This document shows, piece by piece, positions 36,068 to 45,594 of a stretch of DNA of 64,000 bases. The DNA lies in NCBI GenBank assembly GCA_964352145.1, contig CAYGQA010000003.1, forward strand, positions 58,236-122,235, read 5' to 3'. Positions within the stretch are counted from its first letter, which is position 1. The number at the start of each line of letters is the position of its first letter. The position numbers and the translations under genes are program-made. The notes beneath the pieces were generated by a model, which was given only the letters and a program-made list of their open reading frames with translations, was not told the DNA's origin and ran no database searches. The stretch is from an uncultured Candidatus Peribacteria bacterium (GTDB taxonomy: Bacteria > Patescibacteriota > Gracilibacteria > JAUYGZ01).

Positions 36068-37339
36068 TTATCGTCTCCCCGATGGGTGCCTCCCTCTACC
36101 ACTTCTTCCTCCTCTACTCCCAGAGCTAGGTCTTCTAGACCCTCCTCCATTTCTCCCCCCATTTCGTCCCCCAGAGGATCGACGGGCCATTAGTTTCTTG
36201 TATTCAGGATTAATATCTCCTAACTGAGGTAAAGCTCTGATAGGTAATCGCAGATTAATCAATTTTTCAATCGCATCGACATCCTTACCTTGTTCGGGAC
36301 AAGCAAATGAAATGGCTTTCCCAACATTCCCAGCACGGCCTGTACGGCCGATACGATGCACATAATCTTCAGAGTTTTCAGGAAGATCATAATTAATCAC
36401 CAATTCAATCATCGTGACATCAATACCTCTTGCAGCAATATCTGTTGCTACCAAGACTCGATACTTTCCATTTTTAAAACCTTCTAAAGCATTTTTTCTT
36501 TGTCCAAGGCTTCTATTTGAGTGAAGTTCTGCTGCAGTATGACCCATTTTATTGACCACACTACAAATCTTCTTAGCACCATACTTTGTACGGCTGAAGA
36601 CTAAAACCGTTCCTTGATATTCATCTAAAAGCTGCTCCAATAAAGCCAATTTTTTATTCTTAGGCACTACAAAAAGTTCTTGGTCTACTGTTTCAGCAGA
36701 AGTACCAGCACGAGCAACCTCTACTCGAAGAGGAGATTTCATATACTGTTGTGCCATTTTTGAAATCTTGGGAGGCATAGTCGCCGAAAATAACATGGTC
36801 TGTCTCTCTTTAGGCATTGCCGCAATAATCCTTTTTATCTGTGGTTCAAATCCCATATCGAGCATACGATCAGCTTCATCAAGTACCAATACTCCCATCT
36901 CTTTGAGATTAATGGTTTTTTGTTCCATGTGATCAATCAAACGACCTGGAGTACAGACAAGTACATGGGGTTGATTCTTGAGAGCCTTTATTTGTCGATA
37001 AATAGGCACTCCTCCGATAATAACCGTAGAATGTAGACCAAAAGGTCCTCCTACTTTCACAAGCGTTTCATTAACTTGAATAGCAAGCTCACGCGTAGGA
37101 CAGATGATCAATCCTTTTTTACCGATACTCGATAAACGCTGAATAAGAGGGATAGAAAAGGCTAATGTCTTCCCTGTACCCGTTTGAGCGATACCTATCA
37201 AATCCTCTCCCTTAATACCAATAGGTATAGCCTTTTGCTGGATAGGAGTAGGCGTTACAAAATTTATTTTATCGAGCTGTTCTAAAAGATTTGGGGCAAT
37301 GCCCAATCCATAGAAAGTCGTCGTTGATTCAGTTGTCAT
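36068..37339 (-). CDS. DEAD-box RNA helicase, RhlE-like, with RG-rich tail
   Basis: AQTGTGKTLAF, DEAD, SAT and HRIGRTGRAG, with C-terminus RRSSGGRNGGRNGGGSRRPSSGSRGGRSGRGR. Start set at MTTESTTTF. Confidence 0.9.
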   Translation of the reverse strand: MTTESTTTFYGLGIAPNLLEQLDKINFVTPTPIQQKAIPIGIKGEDLIGIAQTGTGKTLAFSIPLIQRLSSIGKKGLIICPTRELAIQVNETLVKVGGPFGLHSTVIIGGVPIYRQIKALKNQPHVLVCTPGRLIDHMEQKTINLKEMGVLVLDEADRMLDMGFEPQIKRIIAAMPKERQTMLFSATMPPKISKMAQQYMKSPLRVEVARAGTSAETVDQELFVVPKNKKLALLEQLLDEYQGTVLVFSRTKYGAKKICSVVNKMGHTAAELHSNRSLGQRKNALEGFKNGKYRVLVATDIAARGIDVTMIELVINYDLPENSEDYVHRIGRTGRAGNVGKAISFACPEQGKDVDAIEKLINLRLPIRALPQLGDINPEYKKLMARRSSGGRNGGRNGGGSRRPSSGSRGGRSGRGRHPSGRR

Positions 37340-37540
37340 AATATTAATGAAAAAATATAGAAGGGTTCTCGATTCCTTCCATACCATTTTCAGAGACAAA
37401 AGATTCGAGCGCATCCCGCGACACGGGAGCAATAACATGACTCAATTATAGCTTATTTTAGGGGGAAAGTCGATGTAAATCACTGTGTGATTTGCTTGAT
37501 ACTAGAAGCTAGAAGCCAATAACTTTTTAAGTTTTATATA

Positions 37541-37635
37541 TGAAATTTGGATTTTGTTTCGTATTTCTTATTTAGGATTTGATATTTACTTGTAAACTGA
37601 TGACTGCTATTTGATTGAAAATTAAAAATTGAAAA
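37541..37635 (+). repeat. family-A composite intergenic repeat, copy A4
   Basis: GAAATTTGGATTTTGTTTCGTATTTCTTATTTAGGATTTGATATTT...TATTTGATTGAAAATTAAAAATTGAAAA. It abuts the ATG at 37636. Confidence 0.7.
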
Positions 37636-38028
37636 ATGGAAATTTATTTATACTCCCTCTTCACCCTCGGTCTACTCCTCTCCATCTATGCCATCCACGT
37701 ACACAGACAAGCCAGCAAAGATAAAAACTACAAAAGCATCTGCGACTTAAGTGATAAGACTTCCTGTAGTGACACTTTTACCAGTGAGTTCGGATCACAC
37801 TTTGGCATACCAAATGGATACTATGGAATGGGCTTCTATTCACTAATGCTCATACTTCTCTGGATGGAGAGCTTTACAATTCTCTTTTGTCTCTCAACAA
37901 TATCTGTCATTGCCTCATGTTATCTCTGCTATCTCCTAGTCACGAAAGTAAGAAGAATATGCATCGATTGCATTGCCATCTATCTGACCAACATATCCAG
38001 CTTTATCCTCCTCTGGGGAATGATGTAA
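37636..38028 (+). CDS. vitamin K epoxide reductase (VKOR) family protein
   Basis: Four TM segments, a loop Cys pair (C-DLSDKTS-C), a conserved Ser/Thr, and CxxC (CIDC) in the last TM segment. Confidence 0.7.
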   Translation: MEIYLYSLFTLGLLLSIYAIHVHRQASKDKNYKSICDLSDKTSCSDTFTSEFGSHFGIPNGYYGMGFYSLMLILLWMESFTILFCLSTISVIASCYLCYLLVTKVRRICIDCIAIYLTNISSFILLWGMM

Positions 38029-38129
38029 AGCAAAATACAACAAAACAAGACCTCTAATCATCAAGTGCATTGAGTCGTTTTTGAACACATTTTTAGTACA
38101 ATAAGAGTATTACTTTTTATCTTTTCGAT

Positions 38130-38510
38130 ATGAATGCCTCTACATTGTTTCTCTCTCAACTCATCGGTCCAATCGGTGTTATCACAGCCTTGATGATACT
38201 TTTCAACAAGAAAGGTTTAGCAGATATGATCAAAGGTTTAGAAAAAGAACCACTCGCACTCTATATGGCTGCCATCACAACTCTAGTGGCTTCACTAGCC
38301 CTCGTACTCTCTCACAACGTCTGGAACAACGCCGCTGAGACCATCATCTCTCTCATCGGTTGGCTCGGATTGATCAAAGGTATCCTTCTCATGATTGCAC
38401 CAGATCATCTCATTTCATTTAGTAAGAGTATGATGGAAAAAATCATGTTAGGAGGAATTTTCTGGCTTGTACTAGGTGGATACCTCACATATGTTGGGTA
38501 CTTTATGTAA
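38130..38510 (+). CDS. small membrane protein, tandem paralog 1
   Basis: MNASTLFLSQLIGPI.. with four TM segments. Clearly similar to the next gene. Confidence 0.5.
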   Translation: MNASTLFLSQLIGPIGVITALMILFNKKGLADMIKGLEKEPLALYMAAITTLVASLALVLSHNVWNNAAETIISLIGWLGLIKGILLMIAPDHLISFSKSMMEKIMLGGIFWLVLGGYLTYVGYFM

Positions 38511-38580
38511 AAAAGCTTAAGACTCGAAGCATATCATTCAATTGATCCTTAAACTCGTTATACTCCTTACACTCATTATC

Positions 38581-38976
38581 ATGAACTCCTCAACCCTCTT
38601 TCTCTCCCAACTCATTGGACCAATACTCCTACTCCTCGGAGTATCATTCGGACTCAATAAAAAGTTCTACTCAGATTGGTTCAAGAAAATGGACAAAGAC
38701 GATGCTTTCCTCTTCATGGCAGGAATCGTCGAATCCACAGCAGGTATCGCCATCATCCTCGGACACAATCTTTGGGGATCAGCTGCTGAGATTATCATCT
38801 CATTCTTAGGATGGGCAATGATCCTAGAAGGATCTCTCTGCCTCCTCGCTCTCAAAAAATTCCCTAAAGGGATCATGAATCATATGATGAAAAGCATGCC
38901 TCAGCTCATCTCACTTTCAGCGATAGTAATGATCCTAGCTGGAGCTTACCTCAGCTACCTCGGGTACATAATCTAA
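38581..38976 (+). CDS. small membrane protein, tandem paralog 2
   Basis: MNSSTLFLSQLIGPI.. The start was moved to ATG 38581 by alignment with paralog 1. Confidence 0.5.
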   Translation: MNSSTLFLSQLIGPILLLLGVSFGLNKKFYSDWFKKMDKDDAFLFMAGIVESTAGIAIILGHNLWGSAAEIIISFLGWAMILEGSLCLLALKKFPKGIMNHMMKSMPQLISLSAIVMILAGAYLSYLGYII

Positions 38977-39008
38977 GAGAAGTAAAAAAACATTATGTAA
39001 AAACACAA

Positions 39009-39040
39009 AACCCCTGATCAATTATGATCCAGGGGTTTTT
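39009..39040. terminator. bidirectional stem-loop terminator
   Basis: CCCCTGATCA-loop-TGATCCAGGGG followed by T5, with an A/T run on the other side. It lies between convergent genes. Confidence 0.65.
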
Positions 39041-39098
39041 ATTACTACATTCTCAACCCTCCTCGCAATACTCCTCATACTCTTAATACTCTCTACCC

Positions 39099-40895
39099 CT
39101 ATTTCCCTCCTCTCTTTCTTTCAGATTCTTTCAAGTATCTCTTTCTCAAACGTACTCTTGTAGGAGTGATCTCCACATATTCATCTGCATCAATATATTC
39201 AATGGCTTTCTCAAGCGTCATTGGGACAATAGGGATAAGATTTAATGATTCATCAGCTCCTGAGGAACGAACATTCGTCAATTTTTTATTCTTAATAGGG
39301 TTCACGACAAGGTCAGTTCCTTGATTATGTTCTCCGATCACCATTCCTTCATACACTTCAGTAGCAGGCTCTACGAACAGAGGACCTCTTTCTTGAAGCT
39401 TCCAAAGCGAATAAGCCATCGTCGCTCCGCCTTCTCCAGAAATCATCGACCCAACACTTCTTTTTACGATTTCACCCATATACGGCACAAAGCGGTCAAA
39501 AGCATGATACAAAGTCCCTTCACCGCTCGTTAAGACAAGGAATTGTGAACGGAAACCAAGCAATCCACGTGTTGGCACTTCGAACTCAAGCATCGTATTT
39601 CCATTCTCAGATTGCATATTTTGCATGATTCCTTTTCTCTTACCTAGGGCTTGGATTACAGAACCAGACATCTCATCAGGTACATTTACCACAGCTGCCT
39701 CAAGAGGCTCGTGCTTTACACCATCTACCTCTCTCATGATCACCTCAGGCTGAGAAATTTGCAGCTCAAAACCTTCACGTCTCATCGTTTCGATCAATAC
39801 AGCGATATGCATCTCTCCTCGTCCATAAACCTTCATCCCTTCACCATTATCTTGGAACTCAATCTTCAGACCTACATTCGTTTCAAGTTCTTTCATTAAT
39901 CGATCACGGATATGTCGACTCGTGACATAATCACCTTCACGTCCTGCGAATGGAGAATCATTCACCATAAATTCAATCGCCAAAGCTGGTGGATCTACTT
40001 GGATAGCCGGTAGTGGCTCAGCATCTTCATTGGTAGTAATCGTTTCTCCAACGTAAATATCAGCAATACCAGCGAGAGCAACGATATCACCAGCTACAGC
40101 TTCTGTAGCCTCTACTCTCTCCATTCCTTGGAAAGTAAAAATCTGTGAAATCTTTCCTTTTCGTTTTTTTCCTTCAGCATCCAATACCGTTACATTTTCG
40201 TTTACTTTCACAGTCCCTTCATAGACACGACCAATAGCCATACGTCCTAAGAAGTTGTCATAAGCAAGTGTCGCAGGCTGCATCCGAAATGGCGCTTCTT
40301 GATTGGCTTCAGCTGGTTTTACATGCTCAAGAAAAAATTCAATCAAAGGTGTAATATCCTTTTGTTCATCATTCAGCTCTGCTACCGCTACACCATCCTT
40401 AGCTACTGCATAGAGGTAAGGAAAATCAAGTTGCTCATCACTTGCACCTAATGTAGCAAACAAATCAAAAGTCAGGTCAACTACTTCAGCAGGTCGAGCC
40501 ATAGGCTTATCGATCTTATTGATCACAACAAGCACCTTATGTCCTAACTCAAGAGACTTTTTAAGGACAAATTTTGTTTGAGGCATTGGTCCCTCATAAG
40601 CATCCACGACTAATACAACAGCATCTACCGTTCTGAGGACACGTTCTACCTCTGATCCAAAATCAGCATGGCCTGGTGTATCAACAATGTTCAGCTTACT
40701 TCCTTTATAAGTAATAGAAGCGTTCTTCGCATAAATTGTAATCCCTCTCTCTTTTTCCTGATCATTGCTATCCATAGCTCGTTCTTCCAATCCTTTATGA
40801 GTATCATAAGTATCACTTGCTTTCAGCAAAGCATCTACGAGTGTAGTTTTACCATGATCAACGTGAGCAACAATGGCAATATTTCGAATATCCAT
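39099..40895 (-). CDS. typA: translational GTPase TypA/BipA
   Basis: IRNIAIVAHVDHGKTTLVD, DTPGHADF and NKID, with full-length similarity. Confidence 0.95.
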   Translation of the reverse strand: MDIRNIAIVAHVDHGKTTLVDALLKASDTYDTHKGLEERAMDSNDQEKERGITIYAKNASITYKGSKLNIVDTPGHADFGSEVERVLRTVDAVVLVVDAYEGPMPQTKFVLKKSLELGHKVLVVINKIDKPMARPAEVVDLTFDLFATLGASDEQLDFPYLYAVAKDGVAVAELNDEQKDITPLIEFFLEHVKPAEANQEAPFRMQPATLAYDNFLGRMAIGRVYEGTVKVNENVTVLDAEGKKRKGKISQIFTFQGMERVEATEAVAGDIVALAGIADIYVGETITTNEDAEPLPAIQVDPPALAIEFMVNDSPFAGREGDYVTSRHIRDRLMKELETNVGLKIEFQDNGEGMKVYGRGEMHIAVLIETMRREGFELQISQPEVIMREVDGVKHEPLEAAVVNVPDEMSGSVIQALGKRKGIMQNMQSENGNTMLEFEVPTRGLLGFRSQFLVLTSGEGTLYHAFDRFVPYMGEIVKRSVGSMISGEGGATMAYSLWKLQERGPLFVEPATEVYEGMVIGEHNQGTDLVVNPIKNKKLTNVRSSGADESLNLIPIVPMTLEKAIEYIDADEYVEITPTRVRLRKRYLKESERKRGGK

Positions 40896-41036
40896 GAAAA
40901 AGAGTAAGAGCTATTATAAAGTCGCTTGATTTTAGCTTATATAAAGGAAAAACTCAACATCTAAAGTTGTAGTCTTCACAAAAGAAAAGAAAAACAAAAA
41001 AAGTGAAAGAAAATCCTGACAATTGCGTATAATACA

Positions 41037-41042
41037 TACGAC
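41037..41042 (+). promoter_or_regulatory. candidate -10 hexamer TATAAT
   Basis: 21 nt upstream of the sigma-factor ATG. An ECF-like TGAAAG-16 nt-CGT overlaps it. Confidence 0.3.
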
Positions 41043-41062
41043 AAGCTACTCGCCCCTCCTGA

Positions 41063-41623
41063 ATGTCGGAAAATCATGTGAAAGACCTCCATCTCGTACA
41101 GAAAGCTTTGCTCGAAGACATCGATGCTTTTGGTGAATTGATAGAAAGATATCAAGAAAAACTGCAGAGATATGTCCTCAGGATCTCACATTTTAGTCCG
41201 GAGGAAGCTGAAGAGATCCTCCAAGAAGTATTCCTCAAAGCATGGAAAAACTTAAAAGACTTTGACCAAAAGCTCGCTTTCTCTAGCTGGATCTACCGGA
41301 TAACTCACAACCATACAATATCGAGCTACAGAAAAGCTAAAAGCCGAGGACAAGATACTCAAGTCGGTATCGATGACCAGCTCTTTCACCTCAAAAGCAA
41401 AGAGCTCGAACTCGGAGAAAAACTGGATAAAAAAATACTGAGCAAAAAAGTAAAGAACGCCTTAGAAAAAATGCCTGATCATTACCGAGAAATACTCATC
41501 CTGAGATACTTTGAAGACAAAAGCTACGAAGACATCTCAGATATCCTCAAAAAACCAATGGGGACCATAGCTACAATGGTAAACAGAGCAAAGAAGAAAT
41601 TCAAAGATGCCTATGACTCATAA
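41063..41623 (+). CDS. ECF-type RNA polymerase sigma factor
   Basis: Region 2 (EEAEEILQEVFLKAWKNLKDFD....FSSWIYRITHN) and region 4 (REILILRYFEDKSYEDISDILKKPMGTIATMVNRAKKK). Confidence 0.85.
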   Translation: MSENHVKDLHLVQKALLEDIDAFGELIERYQEKLQRYVLRISHFSPEEAEEILQEVFLKAWKNLKDFDQKLAFSSWIYRITHNHTISSYRKAKSRGQDTQVGIDDQLFHLKSKELELGEKLDKKILSKKVKNALEKMPDHYREILILRYFEDKSYEDISDILKKPMGTIATMVNRAKKKFKDAYDS

Positions 41624-41684
41624 TTCGAGATTCTAAACTCTATCTCTCTACAAGCTAACTCCTAATACCTACCCCCTAAAAACA

Positions 41685-42407
41685 ATGACAAACAAGAAGA
41701 ACTCCTTCTCAGACTCCATCCTCAAAAAAATACAATCTGAGGAAATAAAACAGCGTCCAGCCTGGCATTTTTGGATGAAAAATGCCTTTTGGATTATCTT
41801 TGCGCTATCAGCGTTCATCGGAGGAAGAGCCATCGGGGTTATTGCCATGGTGCTTTCAGAGACAGATCTTCCCTTTTTTATGGAAGCACACGGACCATTC
41901 ATGCATCATATCACAAATATCCTTCCTTTCTTTTGGATACTCTTCTTCCTACTCTTCTTACTCCTAGCAAACTATGGTCTGCATCATACAAAAAAAGGCT
42001 ACAAGCTCAGCATGGCAAAACTTATTAGTATTAACCTCATCACAAGCATCATCATCGGAGGAGGAGCTTTTCTCTTAAATGACGGCGAACGTTTTGAAGA
42101 ACTAGTACATAAAAATGCTCCAGTCTTTAGAAAACTAGAAGATAACAGACGTCAGATTTGGAGTAATCCAGATGAAGGACGTATAGCAGGAACCATTCTC
42201 ATCATCGAAAATGAAAGCATTCTTATCCTTGATGACTTCAATAAAAGCACTTGGGTAATCAATTATTCAGATGCAAAGATGAGACGAAGCTTTGACCTCA
42301 GGACAGGCATCAAGATAAGCATTATTGGAGAAAACACCAGTCAAACACAAAACACCCTCACATTTACAGCCAACAAAATCAGCCCATGGCATAAAAAGCC
42401 CCGTTAA
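41685..42407 (+). CDS. membrane protein, candidate anti-sigma factor by position
   Basis: Immediately downstream of the ECF sigma gene, with a short cytoplasmic N-terminus, 4 TM segments and an extracytoplasmic C-terminal domain. No zf-HC2 motif. Confidence 0.4.
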   Translation: MTNKKNSFSDSILKKIQSEEIKQRPAWHFWMKNAFWIIFALSAFIGGRAIGVIAMVLSETDLPFFMEAHGPFMHHITNILPFFWILFFLLFLLLANYGLHHTKKGYKLSMAKLISINLITSIIIGGGAFLLNDGERFEELVHKNAPVFRKLEDNRRQIWSNPDEGRIAGTILIIENESILILDDFNKSTWVINYSDAKMRRSFDLRTGIKISIIGENTSQTQNTLTFTANKISPWHKKPR

Positions 42408-42448
42408 ACTATAAATATCACAATCCTAAATAATAATGACAAAAGCTT

Positions 42449-43162
42449 CTAGATCCCAGTCTCAAGCAAATCCTTAACCACTGGGAAAATAAGGGCTAAC
42501 CAAGCTCTATACTGCTGCCCAGAAGGATGGAGTCCATCATCAGCTATCCATTCAGGTTTATCAGCGGCTTCTTGACTCAGCTCAAACACATCTACCACAG
42601 GAAGTTCCCTCTGAACTGCTTCTTCAAAGATAATAGTATTAAATTTAGCAATACCAGCACTCACATCTCCAAAAGAAAACCCTGCTCCAGTGGGAGTCAC
42701 AGAATAATCAGGAATCGACACAATGACTATTTTTTGAGGATTTTCCAATTCAATCTGTATTTCATCAAGTATTTGAGCAAAGCGCTCTTGGAAAACATCA
42801 GCGGAAACACCCTGGAAATAATCATTCACACCAATCATCAAAGTCGCAAAATCAGGATCAGATTCTCTAAAAATATCCATCTCGACATCCAACACCTGCT
42901 TGGTCGTCCAACCAGTCTGTGAAGGGTTCGCAATGAGTTCAATATCAATGCCCTCATTTCTCAAATCTTCTACCAACATATTCGGCCATCTCTCTTCCTC
43001 CAAGACTCCTTGACCTATCGTATAAGAATCACCCAGAGCAACATATCTCAGCAATTGGGTTTCATTTTCTTCCATTCCCTTATCAAGGACATTCACATCA
43101 TGAGGAGCTGACATAGGAAAACTTGAGAAGAATAAAGAAAAAATCGTGATAAAAAATTCCAT
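42449..43162 (-). CDS. SGNH/GDSL hydrolase
   Basis: Block I ALGDSYT, block III GVND and block V DGLHPS. Start set at ATG 43162 (the ORF track uses TTG 43168). Confidence 0.8.
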   Translation of the reverse strand: MEFFITIFSLFFSSFPMSAPHDVNVLDKGMEENETQLLRYVALGDSYTIGQGVLEEERWPNMLVEDLRNEGIDIELIANPSQTGWTTKQVLDVEMDIFRESDPDFATLMIGVNDYFQGVSADVFQERFAQILDEIQIELENPQKIVIVSIPDYSVTPTGAGFSFGDVSAGIAKFNTIIFEEAVQRELPVVDVFELSQEAADKPEWIADDGLHPSGQQYRAWLALIFPVVKDLLETGI

Positions 43163-43225
43163 ATTCAAACAATAATAACAAGCTCTAGCTTAGCACAGTT
43201 AATAAAACTACGTTATCATATATAC

Positions 43226-44371
43226 ATGTTAAAAAACTTTCTCTCCAATCGCGGTATAAATCTACTCAATATCCATCTAGGTATTCAGAGTTTTGGAAAT
43301 AATTTTGGAGCCCTCTTCATAGGAGTTTTCCTCTTTCAACTCGGTATTCCTCTTTGGCAAATTTTCCTTGGATTGGCAGGAAGTTACTTTATCAGACTCT
43401 TACTAAGGCCAATCTCTTTAAAACTGTGCTTTCGCTATGGACTCAAAAAAATATTGATCTTGGGAACACTTTTTTACGCGATCAATTACCCCATCCTTGG
43501 ACAAGTCCAAAATCTCGATAGCTGGTTTATCATCTTCTTCTTCACTTTTGCCATCACTGATATTTTTTATTGGCTACCATATCATAGTATTTTTGCGATC
43601 TTAGGAGATAACGAACTAAGAGGAAAGCAGACAAGTGTGAGAGATGGACTGTATATGATAGGAGTATTCCTAGCACCTCTTAGCAGTGGAATCATCATCC
43701 TAAACTACGGTTACAAAGCTGCTTTTGTCATCTCGATGCTCTTCATCCTTCTCTCTCTTTTCCCTATCCTAAAAATGCCTATATTGAGTTTAAAAGGCTA
43801 TGAAACGAAAGCTCTCAAAACGAAAACCATCAGCAGAAAAGGATTCTGGCTCTACGTCGGTGATGGTTTCTTCATGAACCAAGAATTCATTTGGAATCTC
43901 ATTCTCTTCCTCATCGTTATCAATCCAGCCTACTTCGGTGCCCTGGTAGGATTAGGAGTACTTTTGCGGATACTCCTCACTTTAGTAGTTGGACACCAAT
44001 TTGACAAAGGAAAACAATTTTTCTTTTTAGGTATCCTATTCATGAGCATCAGTGTCATTGGCAGAGCAATATGGGCAGACACAGTACCTGAAGTGATCAT
44101 TTCAGACATCTTCATTGCTGCTGGATACATCCTTTATAGTCCGATTTTCTCTTCTGTATTTTACAATCTTTCCAAAAAATCCCAACACCCCATTTGGTTT
44201 CAGTATTATGCAGAGATGGGTTGGGACATCGGCGCAGGATCAGCTGCGCTCGTCACAGCCGCACTAACCTCCCTTGGCTACAGTCTACAAACAGCCATGA
44301 TGACCTCCGTATTAGGGTTCTTTATAACACATCACATCTTAAATGGATATTTTAGAGAAAAAAATATCTAA
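43226..44371 (+). CDS. polytopic membrane protein (transporter-like)
   Basis: About 10-12 TM segments. Only weak resemblance to MFS motif A. Confidence 0.45.
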   Translation: MLKNFLSNRGINLLNIHLGIQSFGNNFGALFIGVFLFQLGIPLWQIFLGLAGSYFIRLLLRPISLKLCFRYGLKKILILGTLFYAINYPILGQVQNLDSWFIIFFFTFAITDIFYWLPYHSIFAILGDNELRGKQTSVRDGLYMIGVFLAPLSSGIIILNYGYKAAFVISMLFILLSLFPILKMPILSLKGYETKALKTKTISRKGFWLYVGDGFFMNQEFIWNLILFLIVINPAYFGALVGLGVLLRILLTLVVGHQFDKGKQFFFLGILFMSISVIGRAIWADTVPEVIISDIFIAAGYILYSPIFSSVFYNLSKKSQHPIWFQYYAEMGWDIGAGSAALVTAALTSLGYSLQTAMMTSVLGFFITHHILNGYFREKNI

Positions 44372-45383
44372 TCATCATACAAATGAGCGATTTTTTTCCA
44401 TCAACATCTCCTACCATTTTAGCTAAAACTTGCATTTGTTCACCCAAACTAGTCTGATCATTTTCCACAAAATCAGAAAAAGAAATCCCAACATCAATCA
44501 CTCTTGCTTTTCTACCAGTATACAAACCATCATCATCAACCATAATCGGAAACATTACTGTGTTTTTAAGGCTCGCAACAAGCCTATTTGCTCCACGTGA
44601 AGCCTCTTTCATCATTACCAAACTTCTTTCAATTCCATCTCCTCTTATAATCTTATCTCTAGTACCAGATGCTGCGAGTATAAGAAGCTTTCCAGTACTT
44701 TCACTTGCAGCACAAAGCTTCTGACATTCACGATAAAAGTCAAACGCTCTTCTTTTTTGCTTCTGATCAAAACCTGGAACTTTCCCATTAGCCGTACTCG
44801 GTTGAGTCAAAAGAACATTTGTCAATGACAAGATAGTATGTTTTTCCTGCTGATTGGTCATCAGTGAAGGCCCCATGATAGTCCACAAAGAATCCATAAG
44901 AAACTCAGGGTCTTGTGAACTAGAGATTAAAAGTGAAATATTCAGGGGAATATTTGCCAAAGTCATATGATTAGTGATGATCAATACATTCTGACCACCT
45001 TGTAATCTCTTTTCTATTTCTCCAGTCTTTACTCGAAACTGTTCTCGTAAAGCATCAAAATTATTCACAAAAGATTTAACCCTTCTTATTGCATCTATGA
45101 GAAATTGAGGCTTATCAAGCCGTTCAATTTTTATTTCATAAGGATTATGAGCACAAATATTTGCCTCATCACCTACCTCTCTCAAATGTTGTGAACAAAA
45201 ATGCTCACAAAACGCTCTTACAAAAGCAATAACATTCTGTATTTCATCTTCAGTAAGTTTTTCAGGATTAGGATGAGCATTTTTAACGGATTAAATAGCA
45301 GCCTCCAAAACTTGATCAATCCCCGGAATATCCACAGAAGAAATCACCATTTTTTCAGTTGATACATGCTTTTCTACTCCCAT
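44352..45383 (-). pseudogene. PlsC/LPLAT-like acyltransferase reading frame interrupted by one in-frame TAA (45291-45293)
   Basis: ATG 45383 opens MGVEKHVSTEKMVISSVDIPGIDQVLEAAI-TAA-SVKNAHPNPEKLTEDEIQNVIAFVRAFCEHFCSQH-L(TTG 45185)REVGDE.., all in one frame. The only start available to the 277-aa ORF is that TTG. The acyltransferase-like blocks are ITNHMTLAN and AASGTRD. Confidence 0.45.
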
Positions 45384-45594
45384 ATTGGATATAAAGTACA
45401 AATCAGCAGAAAGATACAATACATTCCATTATTTACAAACATTAAAGAACGAATCTTGAATACCTTATAAATTTTTTTTTGAAAGAAAAAAATTTAGACT
45501 GCGTAGTACTTTATGCAACTGGCCAGCAACTCAAACTGAACATTCACATTTCACATCAGATTTCATCTTTTATATCAGTATTAACTTTTCAATC

